The notes under the pieces are model-generated. The model saw only the letters and a list, made by a program, of their open reading frames with translations. It ran no database searches and was not told the DNA's origin. A stretch of 61,463 bases of DNA, counting the filler, from Hausera hauseri (taxonomy: Eukaryota): the NCBI GenBank assembly GCA_046269625.1. It is 11 parts of 11 records of this genome, joined end to end, with 100 filler letters (N's around TTAATTAATTAA, not from the genome) between each part and the next. Parts side by side here need not be neighbours in the genome. Positions count along the whole stretch, not along the records: positions 11,368 to 16,502 come from JBJURY010324828.1; positions 16,603 to 28,561 come from JBJURY010058884.1; 9 more parts are not named here. The stretch is one strand, 5' to 3'. Positions 11,880 to 23,260 of the stretch are shown one piece after another (position 1 is the first letter of the stretch; each line of letters starts with the position of its first letter). Position numbers and translations under genes: made by a program.

Positions 11880-12270
11880 TACTGATCACTGTGACGATTT
11901 CCCATTGAATTCGAAAATTTTGGATACGTTTACCGTTACGAAGATTTATTCCAGTGAATCAGATGATTTCGGGAAATAGTTAAAATTCAATCTCGTTCCG
12001 AAATTGTGTTACTCGTTGAAAGCCCTGCAGGAAATACCAACAGTATTCCTTGTGTTATTTCAATATCAAAAAACCTACATTTCCACCGAAATTTCCGCTA
12101 TCATACCGTTAATCGTTGACTGTGTTAACTTGTTTCCCATCGATATGCAGAAAAAAGACGGTCTGTTTGACAGCAATTTATATTTGAAATTGTTAGCTGG
12201 TCAAGTGAAGACTTATTTTTAGCTCGTGTTGTGAAATATTTTAAGAGAACTGTTGCAGAAAATCACGTTG
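11880..12270 (+). pseudogene. TRRAP: Divergent TRRAP/Tra1 N-terminal fragment, disrupted
   Basis: FNLVPKLCYSLKALQEIPTVFLVLFQ...IIPLIVDCVNL...LFDSNLYLKLLAGQVKTYF aligns by eye with metazoan TRRAP (SLKVLxELPIIVVLMYQ...FVPLIMNTI...LYNKELYADFIAAQIKTLSFLA). Contains stops and a frameshift. Confidence 0.6.
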
Positions 12271-12659
12271 ATAAAAATGTCTGTATGTGCTCGCGTATGT
12301 GTGATAGTTTTTGTTTTAATATTGTAAATTTTTTACAAAATATTTAAAAAAAAATTTTGAATAGATCGATATTTTGCCATTTTTATTTTAGATACCAGTT
12401 TACCCATTTTACACGTTAGAAGTTTTTTTGTGTTGTTATTTTAAGTCTTTATTTTTTGGAATTTTATCATATCATATCATATCATATCTATATCGGATAT
12501 TTATCAGCCAGCTCTATTTTAATAATGTTGATAAACGTTTATAGCCGATTTTGGCGACTTCTGATAAGGGGAATAAGTTATGGTGTATTGTAGTTAAATT
12601 TATTTATTTATAGTTAATACATTTTTATTTGTTTTTAGTTTAATTTGTTTATCATTCAG

Positions 12660-15600
12660 AAATGTCCGCAATGTCCCATGTACTGCATCTCCCTCATAAA
12701 TGAGGGTGGAAAATGACACAAGGAAATTATCAAATATTATTCAGTAAACAAGGACACGTACCTGTGTTCCGCGTGTTTTATTCTAAACACATGCCCGTAC
12801 GCCGACTTTTATGAGATGCACAAGCATCATCTCGGTCCTTTCACGCGGGCCAAGAAATGATGCATATGCATTGCCACACATGCCCACGTTACTGTACTTG
12901 TAAGATGCACGGCGTTGATGGTTGTCATAGTGCAGTGGAGCGGTACTATGGTACAACAACGGTGCATGGTAAACGGGCCTATGTATGTCCCGGTTGTTCT
13001 ATAGTTGAGACGCAAATCAACTATGAACAATTCTACAACAACTATAAGGACTACTTAAACCAGTTTCAGAGGTCCTAAATGGAAATATTAATGGAAGCAG
13101 CAAGAAGCAGCAGCAGCAGGAAACGTCAAGCATCAGCAAACCTTGACGAATACTTTCAAAACAACAGAAGTATGAAACAGCAGCAGCAGGAATGTGAACC
13201 ACCCATTACTGCCAAGTACGACCTGAAGAGATCTTACGTGGACATAAAGGTGGACATGTCGGCGAAAATAGCAAAGCAATTAAGGATGTACCCGCTAATG
13301 TGCGTAACCGGTTGAAATCAGAGGTGGCCAAATTCCAACAAAACCACTGAAAAGTGCAATATTCAGCACTTGCAGAATTTGAAGATATTCAGGGTGACAG
13401 GAAACAATAGTACCTGTCACATAGCGCCGAACCGTATTCCGACGATTTTATTGCCGATGTAGGTGAAAAGATCGATGAAAAAATCGCCAACTACACGGAA
13501 AAGGGTAGTGGATTGCGAATTATAAAAATTGTCACTCTCGGCTTTATCATAACAAAGTCGAGTGATATAATTTACCTCTCCGGACGATCATTCATACCGA
13601 CACCTACAGATCTAAAGCAGTCTTATGCCGTAGTGAATGTAAAAAATACTGACGACGAATACTGTTTCATTTACAATATTCTTGCCGTGTTAAAATATGA
13701 CCAAGTGGAGAGACATAGTGCATATCGTCCAAATCAGTATCGGCAATATTTTTCCGAATTGGACTTTGACGAATGTTGGATGCCTATAAAACTGAAGACC
13801 ATTGCGACTTTTGAGCGGCGTAACCGGACAGTGTCAATTAACGTGTTCCGGTACAACACAATCATGGAAATACCGGTAGACGAAGAAATTTACAAGAACC
13901 CCATCTGGACGTAATTTATAGAAGTCGAAACCCGAATAGACGTCCAATAAATTTGTTGCTGTTAGAGAAAAAGGATTGAAAATTCCATTACGCGGCCGTG
14001 ACAAATGTGGACAGACTGCTGAACACGGAACATGACCCGTTTATCGAAAAAAGTATAACGTTGTAAATGGTGTCCTGCATGTCTGCATGGATTCAGGTTG
14101 GAAACAACATAAGAGAATCATGCGGCACTATGCAGACAAAATACATCGGGAACAACAATGTATGTAATGCCCGTCAAAAAGGAACTCAGGTTCACTGATT
14201 GGTCAAACACAGACAGTCCGGCATATGTAGTATATGCCGATATCGAAGATATCTTACCACGACACAACATATATGGCCAAGAACATGTTCCAATCGCCGT
14301 CGGTATGTTGGTTGTCCCAATAAAAACCGCAGGTCAACCACAATATTATATTTTTCATGGCTGGAACTGCGTAGGCGATTTCCTGCAGCATTTGGAAACA
14401 ATAGTAGAAACGGAAATCGCACCCTGGTACAGTAGAAATAGCAATAATCCTTTGATTTGGACAGATAAAGATGAACGTCTGACGTTTGCAGTCACAGATG
14501 AATGTTACCTGTGCCACAAAATATTGCCGTTTGATTCTCACGAACGGCTCGTAACGGATCACGATTATTTTACCGGTCGATATCTCGGAGCCGCGTGTAA
14601 TTCATGCAATTTGGCATGGCGTGTGCGGTCATTCCTACCGATGATATTTCATAAATTCAAGGTTTACGATTGTCGCCATATTTTGAAATGGTCAATAAAC
14701 GGATTTCCGCACTGGGTACTATCCGTAATTCCAACTACGGTGGATAAGTACCTGTCCTTGTCAGCACGCATAAACCGGTTCCAGGTACGATTCTTTGATT
14801 CATTGCAATTTCTCAATGAATCATTGGCAAAGCTGGTAAATGCCTTGTCACATGTGCCGCTAACATTCCCTGTACATATTGCGTGTAATAAAGGCATATT
14901 CCCGTACGAGTTTGCGATATCGTATAAGCTGCTCCAGACGACAGACGAATTACCACCGCAATGGCCCGGTATCACAGAAGAAGAATATCACAGAGCAGAG
15001 TCGTTTTGGCTGCAGAAACCTGTTGCAGTACATGCCTCAGTATCTGAAATTGGACGTGTACTTGTTAGCCGATGAGTTTCAGACATTTTCAGCTAAAGAG
15101 TTGGCACAAGATAGGTTGGAGCTACTCAACTTTCACTCAATACCAGGAATGAGTTAGGCATCAGCTCTGATATCATTGTATCGGGATGCCGAGCTATTGC
15201 CAGACCCGGAAATGTACTGGCTGTTTGATGTTGGTATTCGCGGCTACATGAAATTTGTAAACAAGCATCAGGTCAGTGCTATCGACACCACATCATTGCT
15301 GTATACTGATATTAATAACCTGTAAGGCTGGGCGCTTTCGCAACCCTTGCCGTACGGTTCATTTGAATGGGTAATCGACGGACAAGATCTGGACGACATA
15401 ATGGTCAATATGCCACTAGCAGACATGGCAGGCTCAGTCAGATACCTGATCGAGATCGATCTCGTGGTTTAAGATGAACTGCATGACGTTTTTGACGATT
15501 TTCCGGTCACACCATTTAACCAATGTCCACCAGGCTGAAAAGTGAAGAAACTGCTCATGACGCATGAACCGAAGCTGAATTACGTGATCCATTGGAATCT

Positions 15601-16109
15601 GACACAGTTCCACATGCAGTTGGGTGTACGCGTTACACAGCTGCATCGCGCAATCCAATTCGCGCAGGCTCTGACATTCAAGCCTTATATCAGTCTGAAT
15701 TAAAAAAAAAACGAGCTGCGGCTTGTACGAAGTTTGAAAAAGATTATTACAAACTGAAAAACAATTCTCTGTACGGGAAAACAGTAGAGAATCTGAAAAA
15801 GCGGCTTAATGTGCGCCTACGCAACTCGGAAAGTGGCTGGTTACATTTACCAGCAAGGCACAGTTTCAACAGTCAGTGAACATTGCCGATGGATTGGTTG
15901 AGGTGCTGCTGAACAGGAAAGAAGTCATTCTGGACCGGCCAAGTTACATAGGACAAGTGTTATTGGACCTGAGCAAGTTACGCATATATGAGCTGCAGTA
16001 TCGTGACTTGGCATGTTATCGGAACATGTTTGACGGCTGCAATATTGACATAATTGACGGCTGTAATAGTGACATAATTGGTAGTTTTTTCCTGCGTCTG
16101 AAAAACGTT
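12660..16109 (+). pseudogene. Maverick/Polinton protein-primed DNA polymerase B, family A, decayed and 3'-truncated
   Basis: GSG, NVKNTDDEYCF, exonuclease YADIE, endonuclease VII-like CYLC...DHDYFTGRYLGAACNSCN, KGIFPY, motif A DINNL, motif B KLKNNSLYGK. Many stops and frameshifts. Confidence 0.9.
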
Positions 16110-16368
16110 AAAGTTGATTCGTTAATTCACCGCGTACCTTTTCAACAGTATTAAAGTAATTTGTATTATACAATCGGTGAATGTACATTTGATTTAACAC
16201 AATAATTAGATTTTCCACAGAGCTGCAATCCGTTGTTGGTGTCATCAATGCTATTGACGCTAAATCTTTAAATTCCAAATCACCTGCTACTCTCTCAACT
16301 TGATCACTATCAAGTACTTGCCACCATAATACCAAGTCTGAAATTGATAATCCATGAAAGTTTTGCAA
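16108..16368 (-). CDS. Small hypothetical ORF downstream of an E2F/TATA-like promoter
   Basis: 86-aa ORF (TTG start in the track) with promoter-like motifs immediately upstream. No homology recognised. Confidence 0.3.
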   Translation of the reverse strand: MQNFHGLSISDLVLWWQVLDSDQVERVAGDLEFKDLASIALMTPTTDCSSVENLIIVLNQMYIHRLYNTNYFNTVEKVRGELTNQL

Positions 16369-16429
16369 TTCCTTCGGTTGATTAACTATTTCCGTGATGA
16401 TGATTATTATTATGACTATAACCTACCCG

Positions 16430-16479
16430 TATTTATAGTTTTTGGATAATCCAACTGAACACGGCTCTTTGGCGCGAAA
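16430..16479 (-). promoter_or_regulatory. Overlapping double E2F-type site (TTTCGCGCCAAA) about 30 bp upstream of a TATA box (TATAAATA)
   Basis: Plus strand TTTGGCGCGAAA at 16468-16479 and TATTTATA at 16430-16437. Confidence 0.4.
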
Positions 16480-16502
16480 TTTCGTGGCGTATTTCCGCTG
16501 GC

Positions 16503-16602
16503 NNNNNNNNNNNNNNNNNNNNNNNNNNNNNNNNNNNNNNNNNNNNTTAATTAATTAANNNNNNNNNNNNNNNNNNNNNNNNNNNNNNNNNNNNNNNNNN
16601 NN
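16503..16602. other. Artificial contig linker
   Basis: Same 100-bp linker. Confidence 0.98.
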
Positions 16603-19600
16603 AACTTCCCGAGGACCTTCTTGTTGGTAATTGAATAATTTGGATGATCCTTCGGATAGTCTGAGGTATCCATATACTGCGCCAATTTTGCATACTTTTC
16701 AAAGACATCATCTGTGCGAATATATTATATGAAACTGTCCGTGTCCATGTACATTATCTGGAGCTCCTTGAATCCGGGGACCATGAATTTGCAATGAAAA
16801 TTATATATCAAGTTCTTGGATAGATCCAATATGGACATGCCCACATATATAAGCTTGTTGAACTCAAGTGATGCCTTGAGCACATGGATGCTCACTAGAT
16901 TCTTTGTGTAGATTGTGCTGCTGTGGACATCGGGCTTAGCGATGAGTTTCTTTGTCCTCTTCCAATCACATACCAGCTCAATGTTTATTCGGTTCCGGAT
17001 ATTCTCCATAGTTGTGCCAAAGACCGAGTTGTTGTAAAGTTCGAATTGGTCCTTTTCAAACTCGTACTTGGTATTGGCCCACAAGTGGGTATTGAGATCT
17101 ATGTGTGGAGTCAGCCATTTTGACTAGATGAACTGCAGGGCCCGATGTATCCTGATGGCTTGGAGTCCATTTTGGATAGCCTGTTGGAAATTTATGTAGT
17201 GGACTACATATCTCTCTCTGTTTTCGAGGTGACAGAGCAGCTTCTTATGCTTTCCGTGGGGCGGAGGCCTGCTTTGCGGCAGAAATGGCAGCTGCTCATG
17301 CCTTGTGTGGATGCCATATGGGTATTCCATATCCACCTCCAGTATATAGCCTGTATATCCGGTGGGATCTATGTCCAATATTGGGATATCTTCAGGCTTC
17401 TCGACCCATTTGAAGTTATCATAGGGCAGTGGGTTGCTGGTATAGCGCAGCATCGCCGCCAAGTTCATTCCTGGAGCTGTAAAGAAATGGACTGGATCTA
17501 ACCTGTGGCTCTTAAGGGTCACATCGCTGAAGCTTCCGAAGACATCTGTAAGGAGCAGAACATCTGTGAGGAGATAGATATCACTGTATTCTCCTATTGT
17601 CATGAACTGGAAGGTTTGAAATACTTTATGGGCATGCTCATAGTCAGCATCGCTAATATGACTGGATGACAAATGACTATAAAAGTCCTCCTTGACCGGT
17701 AATGCTTCTTCATTCAGTGTTTCCCATGACGTTGTATAGTCTTAAGGGAACACGCCTTTCCTCTTGACGAGGTCAAATGCAGTGGGGAAGAATCGCTTTG
17801 TCTCCTTGAGTTCTTCTGCATGGAGGTTCATCAATAAACTATCCAGTGACGAGCACATTTAGCGAAAGCTGTCTATGAATCGAAGCTTGATGCGATCCAC
17901 ATGCTTGGAGAAAGTGATATATTTTTCCTCACTATTGAGAGTGACATCAGTGTTTCCTTCAATGTTAACCAATTCCCGAACAATGAAGTGGGAATCATAG
18001 TTATTGAGATTGTGGAACATTACAGGCATATATGTGCATGTTTTGCAGCAAAGATTGTAGCTGTTGCATGCTGCATTTCGATATGTGCCTGTAAAATGGC
18101 AATGACCCCTGACTTAATAATTATCCTTAGTGAAGAACTTGTCGCATAAGTAACATGTTGCTGCCTTGCACCATTCATCTTCTTGCTGCTTCGACATGAT
18201 CATTGTATCCTTATGCTGCTGAAGCATGTTTTCAAGCTTATGAACCGTGTCTTCTAATCTCTTCATAAAATGTGCTTCTGGGTCTGGCCCTCTGAATAGG
18301 AATGCTTCATTTCCAGTCCTTTGGCATACATACAATATGATGGGGTTCATGATATTGGTTTGTCGTTGTGCTCCTATGTTGGGGATTAGGGCTGCAGCTG
18401 TGAACTGGGCTGAGGATAGCCTCAAAATCACAATGGACAACAATCGGCACCTTCTGCATCTTTTCGAACTCCTTAAATTCCACGTAATCTTCCTTGGCGA
18501 ATTCTACTCGGATGCAGTAATTTGTATTACAGTAGGTCTTGTGCTCCTCCAGCTTTTCTGCGGCTGTGTTTCCATTACATAAATGAAGCATCTCTTGCAT
18601 ATTTCCATCATTGATTTATACTTGGATATTTGGGGCCCTACGAGGCGCTCAGAATTCTTGATCCAGATGAAATGCCTCTTTTCCCCATCAACTAGCAGGA
18701 GTAGATCCCTATGATCCTCCAGTTCCTCCTTGCACACATGTAATGGATAAAATTTGTCCTCCTCCAATCCGAAGATCTTGATTGAGATGTTCACGCTTTC
18801 GAATTTCACGACTTCATCTAGGCTTGACAGGAATGAAATACAGCTGAAGTCGCATGTGTGCTGCACTTTGTCATACATCCAAACTCGGGGAGCATTTTGT
18901 TGATCCTGGACTAGATTTGATAAAATGGCATACATGAAACACATGCTGTCATTATTATGAACATTGACACATGTTTTTTTCTTAACTATCCATTCAGGAA
19001 GCGGTATGTAGGACTTGCCTCTCATGGGAGAATACTTGTGCACATGCACAAGTAACCCCTTTATTGTTGTTAAAGTCCAACCGCTCTTTTGTCCTGGCTT
19101 TCTTCGGCTTCGCGGATGAGCCTTGTATAGTCCTATGTAATGAAATCCTTAATGTTAAAGGAATTTAGTAGTGGCCTGTTCTTTGTCTTGAAGGCCCTAT
19201 TAGACAACTCTCCTTTGACATTGGTGAAGGTGGCTTCTAATTTGAAGTTCACCTTAAGGGCCTTCAGTTGTCCTGGAGAATTCCTGCTGCCTCCTCCTTT
19301 GAATATTCCAGGAATTCATGGAACGATGTGTGCCCCACGGCTGCAGTAAAGTATCGCCGCACTTTGCTCTTCAGTGCAGCTGCATCAACAGGCCACTGTC
19401 TTTGACTTTTTGATGGAGCATCTACTGCTACTTCTAATGGGTGTTTTGTATCAGGCTTTGCTACCAAAGCCGTCTGTGCTGTCATTGCAAGCTGTGCTGC
19501 CAAAGCAGGCTGTGCTGTCATAGCAGGCTGCGCTTCCAAAGAAGGCTGTGCTGTCACAGTAGGCTGTGCTGCCAAAGCAGGCTGCGCTGCCAAAGCAGGA

Positions 19601-20132
19601 TGTTGCTCATTAAATATGACCTTCTTTGGCTGTGAATCGACGTCTGTTAAATGGGCAATATGATCTTTGTAAAATTGCATGTATTCTCCATCACATACCG
19701 TCTCACATCCTGGGCATATATAACAGATGACCCTATTAAATTTGTATCCATAATAGCTCTTCATGGCATTGTGGCAATTCTGAGGGTTGTGTATTACACA
19801 TGTGCAATACACATATGAACTGCACTTTTGGTTTTTCTTTGACACAAAAGACGTTATTGGCATATTGGTACTGAATATTTGTATTTTCGACTTGGCAAAA
19901 AAAATCAAGTGCTGTTTATGGACATTGTAAAATTCCTCGTACCCTGTCCTGCACACTACTTCTCATGTAGGGCATATATAATACTAAACTCTGTTGTACA
20001 TATGGCCAAAGTATTTCTTCATAACACTGTGGCAATTTTCCTGCTCGAGCAATTGAGGCAAACATTCACTGTAAAGTTTGCACATCTAAAATCAACCAAT
20101 TATTTGAGTAGCACAATTAAAAAACTCACCAT
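16603..20132 (-). pseudogene. Maverick/Polinton pPolB, family B, decayed (internal deletion removes motif A)
   Basis: SYIPLPEWI..KK..VNVHNNDSMCF, CDFEA (exo I), CYLC endonuclease VII-like region, YLLTDVLLL, LYNNSVFG (motif B), YMDTDSFI (motif C). LRYT is joined directly to SNPLPY at ~17440. Confidence 0.9.
19455..19605 (-). repeat. 18-bp coding minisatellite (AAQPAL-like hexapeptide, about 8 units) in the pPolB N-terminal linker
   Basis: PALAAQPALAAQPTVTAQPSLEAQPAMTAQPALAAQLAMTAQTAL in ORF 19264-19956. Confidence 0.85.
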
Positions 20133-20289
20133 TCGTTGAAGTGATTTTGGAAATAATAAAATATATTGCCATATCTACATGTACTGCCACGTTTATTGAT
20201 AGGTTTTAATGCACTTTTGTTTTAATGTACTTTTGTTTTAATGCGTCAATTAAAGTAAATATGTGGCGGCGCCAAATTTAAGTTTTTCG

Positions 20290-21649
20290 ACCATGGGGAA
20301 TCGAAGGATGTGATTAGATTCTTCAAATAATGCATACTTGACCAAGATTTTGATTTCGAATAGCTAAGTATTCGACTTGTAAGCTCGAATTCGAATACCT
20401 GATGCCATATTCCGATTCAGCATACATAACTTCCTACCCGTCTGGCTTAAGGATTTATTGATTTTCGCTTCACTGGGCTTTAAGTGCACATTTTGCTTAA
20501 TTCGAAATTTTGATTTTGTGCATTTATAGTACATTTTCGTGAAATAATTTTATGCACAATGGTGTTTTCAAATATGAGAAATCGATTCCCGCTGCTAGAT
20601 TTTTCGAATAGTTCGAACTTCGATAATCGAGATCAAAAATGTTCGAATTTCGAATATCTGACTCGAGATTTGAGATCGCCATAGTTGATTTTCTATCTGT
20701 TTCCGCTAATTCTAATATCGAATTTCGCTTCCCTAGGACCTAGAAAACCTATGCGTGTTTTCCCTCAGTTGCAATTTGGATCGATGTTAATCGATAACTA
20801 ATCGATAAATCTAAATTCTATCTGAACATTTATATACTACACCATATTTGTGTTTGAATGCACCCAATCACATGTTCTAATCATCCATATTAGAAATATA
20901 GGAAATTCAATATTATTGATTTTTGCACACTTGCACACGTGTTTTTGCAGTGAAAAGTATATATCAAAATGTATCTCGATGTGCTGTATCTACCTGCACT
21001 CGACTCCGATCGATTCCATCAATTCTACGCTGCACAACTGCAAAAGTGTGTAAAGTGAAAAGGTGCATTGGCAACCATATCCAAGAACACACCTCATTCG
21101 AGTATTGCTCTACTCGAAAGTACATCAAGTAGTGCACCCGCCAATATATGTGCTGTATTGATATTATTGATTTTCAATTTATACTGGAAAGGCCTATGTG
21201 GGTTCTCCCTCAGTTGGCAATTATTCGAAAACCAATCAATATATTTAAATTCTAACTGCACAGTGGCACAGTCTATCATGTGTGCTTCCGATTGCACCCG
21301 GTGCCGTTCCCAATTAATCAATAGTAGGAATATCGGAAATCCGATATTATTGATTTTTACACACTTGAACATGTGCTGCACATATGCACTATGCACTAAT
21401 CGATGCGTACTGTCGTGCGCCATCGATTAGCATTTTGTCCAGATCGATTCGATCAACCTGCACTGTGCAGCGATTGATTTGTAAAAAGTGAAAAAGTTCC
21501 CTTAGCAACGATACCTAGCGGCACCGTCGCCTAGCACACTATCGATCGATAGTGCTTCGTGTGCACTGTCAATCGGCACATGTGCACTATCGATTTCTCG
21601 ACGCGCACACCCCCGGGAGGTGAGGGAAAACCCGCATTTTTCTCCTATT
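20290..21649 (-). repeat. Maverick terminal (TIR) region of the left element, with internal subrepeats
   Basis: Non-coding and rich in TCGA/GTGCA. Collinear inverted homology with 21873-23150. Ends in 5'-AATAGGAGAAAAATGCGGG on the minus strand. Confidence 0.7.
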
Positions 21650-21872
21650 GTAAATAACTATTTAACTTTACGCAATTAATTTACACCGAACCCGATATAC
21701 TGTCGAAGAGCATTCCGTTTCATTTTTAATCAGTTTTCATGTTTAAAGAGGTCTGTACAACTGACGCGTGATCTGGGACAATATTCTCGATAGACGTTTA
21801 GGTACGACGAAATAAAGTTTTTCAAAATTACTACTAGGAAAGGTACCAGATATAAAGAAGAAAATTACGATA

Positions 21873-23150
21873 AGTAGGAAAAAATGGCGGTTCTGTCCTA
21901 CCCCTAGGGGTTGGTAATCGAAAAATCTAAAGTGCACATGTAAAATCGATAGTGCACCAGGTACACTACCGATTGTTATGTGCACGGCCACGATGCCTTT
22001 AGGCATCGTTGTCATGACACTTTTTCACTTTTCATTTATTGATCGCTGCACAGTGCAGTATTGGTTGAATCGATTGGGCTAAAGTGCTGATCGATAGTGT
22101 ACATCAGTGCATATCGATTTGTGCATAATTGCAAATGGGTGCAAATCATTAATATCGGTTTTCAAATAATTCCAATATTGATGCTTAGCATATTGCACCG
22201 GATTCAATCGATTGGAAAAATGGTGCACTATACAAGCGTGCAATCATAATTTAAAACGATCGAGTGGTTTTTGAATAGTATCGATTCGAAAATTTTGTAG
22301 AGCAGAAGTAACATAGATCTTTTAGGCTTTAAGGAAGCAAAATTGGATAATACATTCAGCGAGGATAGATGGGACACCATGTATGCAGATTCCGAATATG
22401 AAGTCAGATATTCGAATTTGAAAACATTTTTTACTGAATATCGACCTAAGCACTATTCGAAAAATCTGATGAGGTCATTCGATTCCCCATGTGTGAAAAC
22501 TCCTATAACTATTTAAATTATTCCATGAAAATGTAATATATAGTTAAAAATCAATAAAGCGAATTAAGCAAAATGCACATTATGTTCAATGAAGCAGAAA
22601 TCGGAAAATCTTTAAGCGTAGACAGATAGGAAACAATATATAAGAAATCGGAATATGACGTCAAATATTCGAATACAACTTTCCGAATCGAATATTTCGC
22701 TATTCGAATTCGAAAATGCGATCAAGCCTAAATTATTCGAATAATCTCGCGAGTCTATTGGATTCTGCTTACATGAAGACCTATAAAAATTAAAATTGAC
22801 ACTGTGCAGCACATGGATTTCAATTAAAACAAGGTTTTCCATTAAATTAAAATTATTTAATTAATATTATGTATTTCAACTGTGCTTCTTTTGTTTTAAT
22901 TAATTATGAAATCTTAAAATGTGAATTTGAAGGTGAATCATAAAAAAGTCAATAAACCTTTAAGCGTAGACAGATAGAAAACAATATATGAGAAATCGGA
23001 ATATGATGTCGAATATTCAAATGCAACTTTCCGAATCGAATATTTATCTATTTGAACTCGAATTATCAGTCAACCGTAAATTATTCGCATGATTTGATCA
23101 TTTTATTAAATTCTGGATATAGGAAAACCTTCGGGAAATTTTAAATTTGT
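21873..23150 (+). repeat. Maverick terminal (TIR) region of the right element
   Basis: Starts 5'-AGTAGGAAAAAATGGCGG. Diverged inverted copy of 20290-21649. Internal direct repeat at ~22610-22740 and ~22960-23090. Confidence 0.7.
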
Positions 23151-23260
23151 TGCGGTAAAATTTATGTAATTGATGCATTAAAACAATTTGTACTGGAATA
23201 TTCAAAAATCAATAAAATTCAAATAAAAAATAAATTCAGAATTTTGAATTATTTCCAAGA

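Noticed and set aside
20850-22842. Short ORFs inside the inverted region
   Set aside because: They fall in repetitive Maverick terminal sequence and are not preserved between the two homologous arms.
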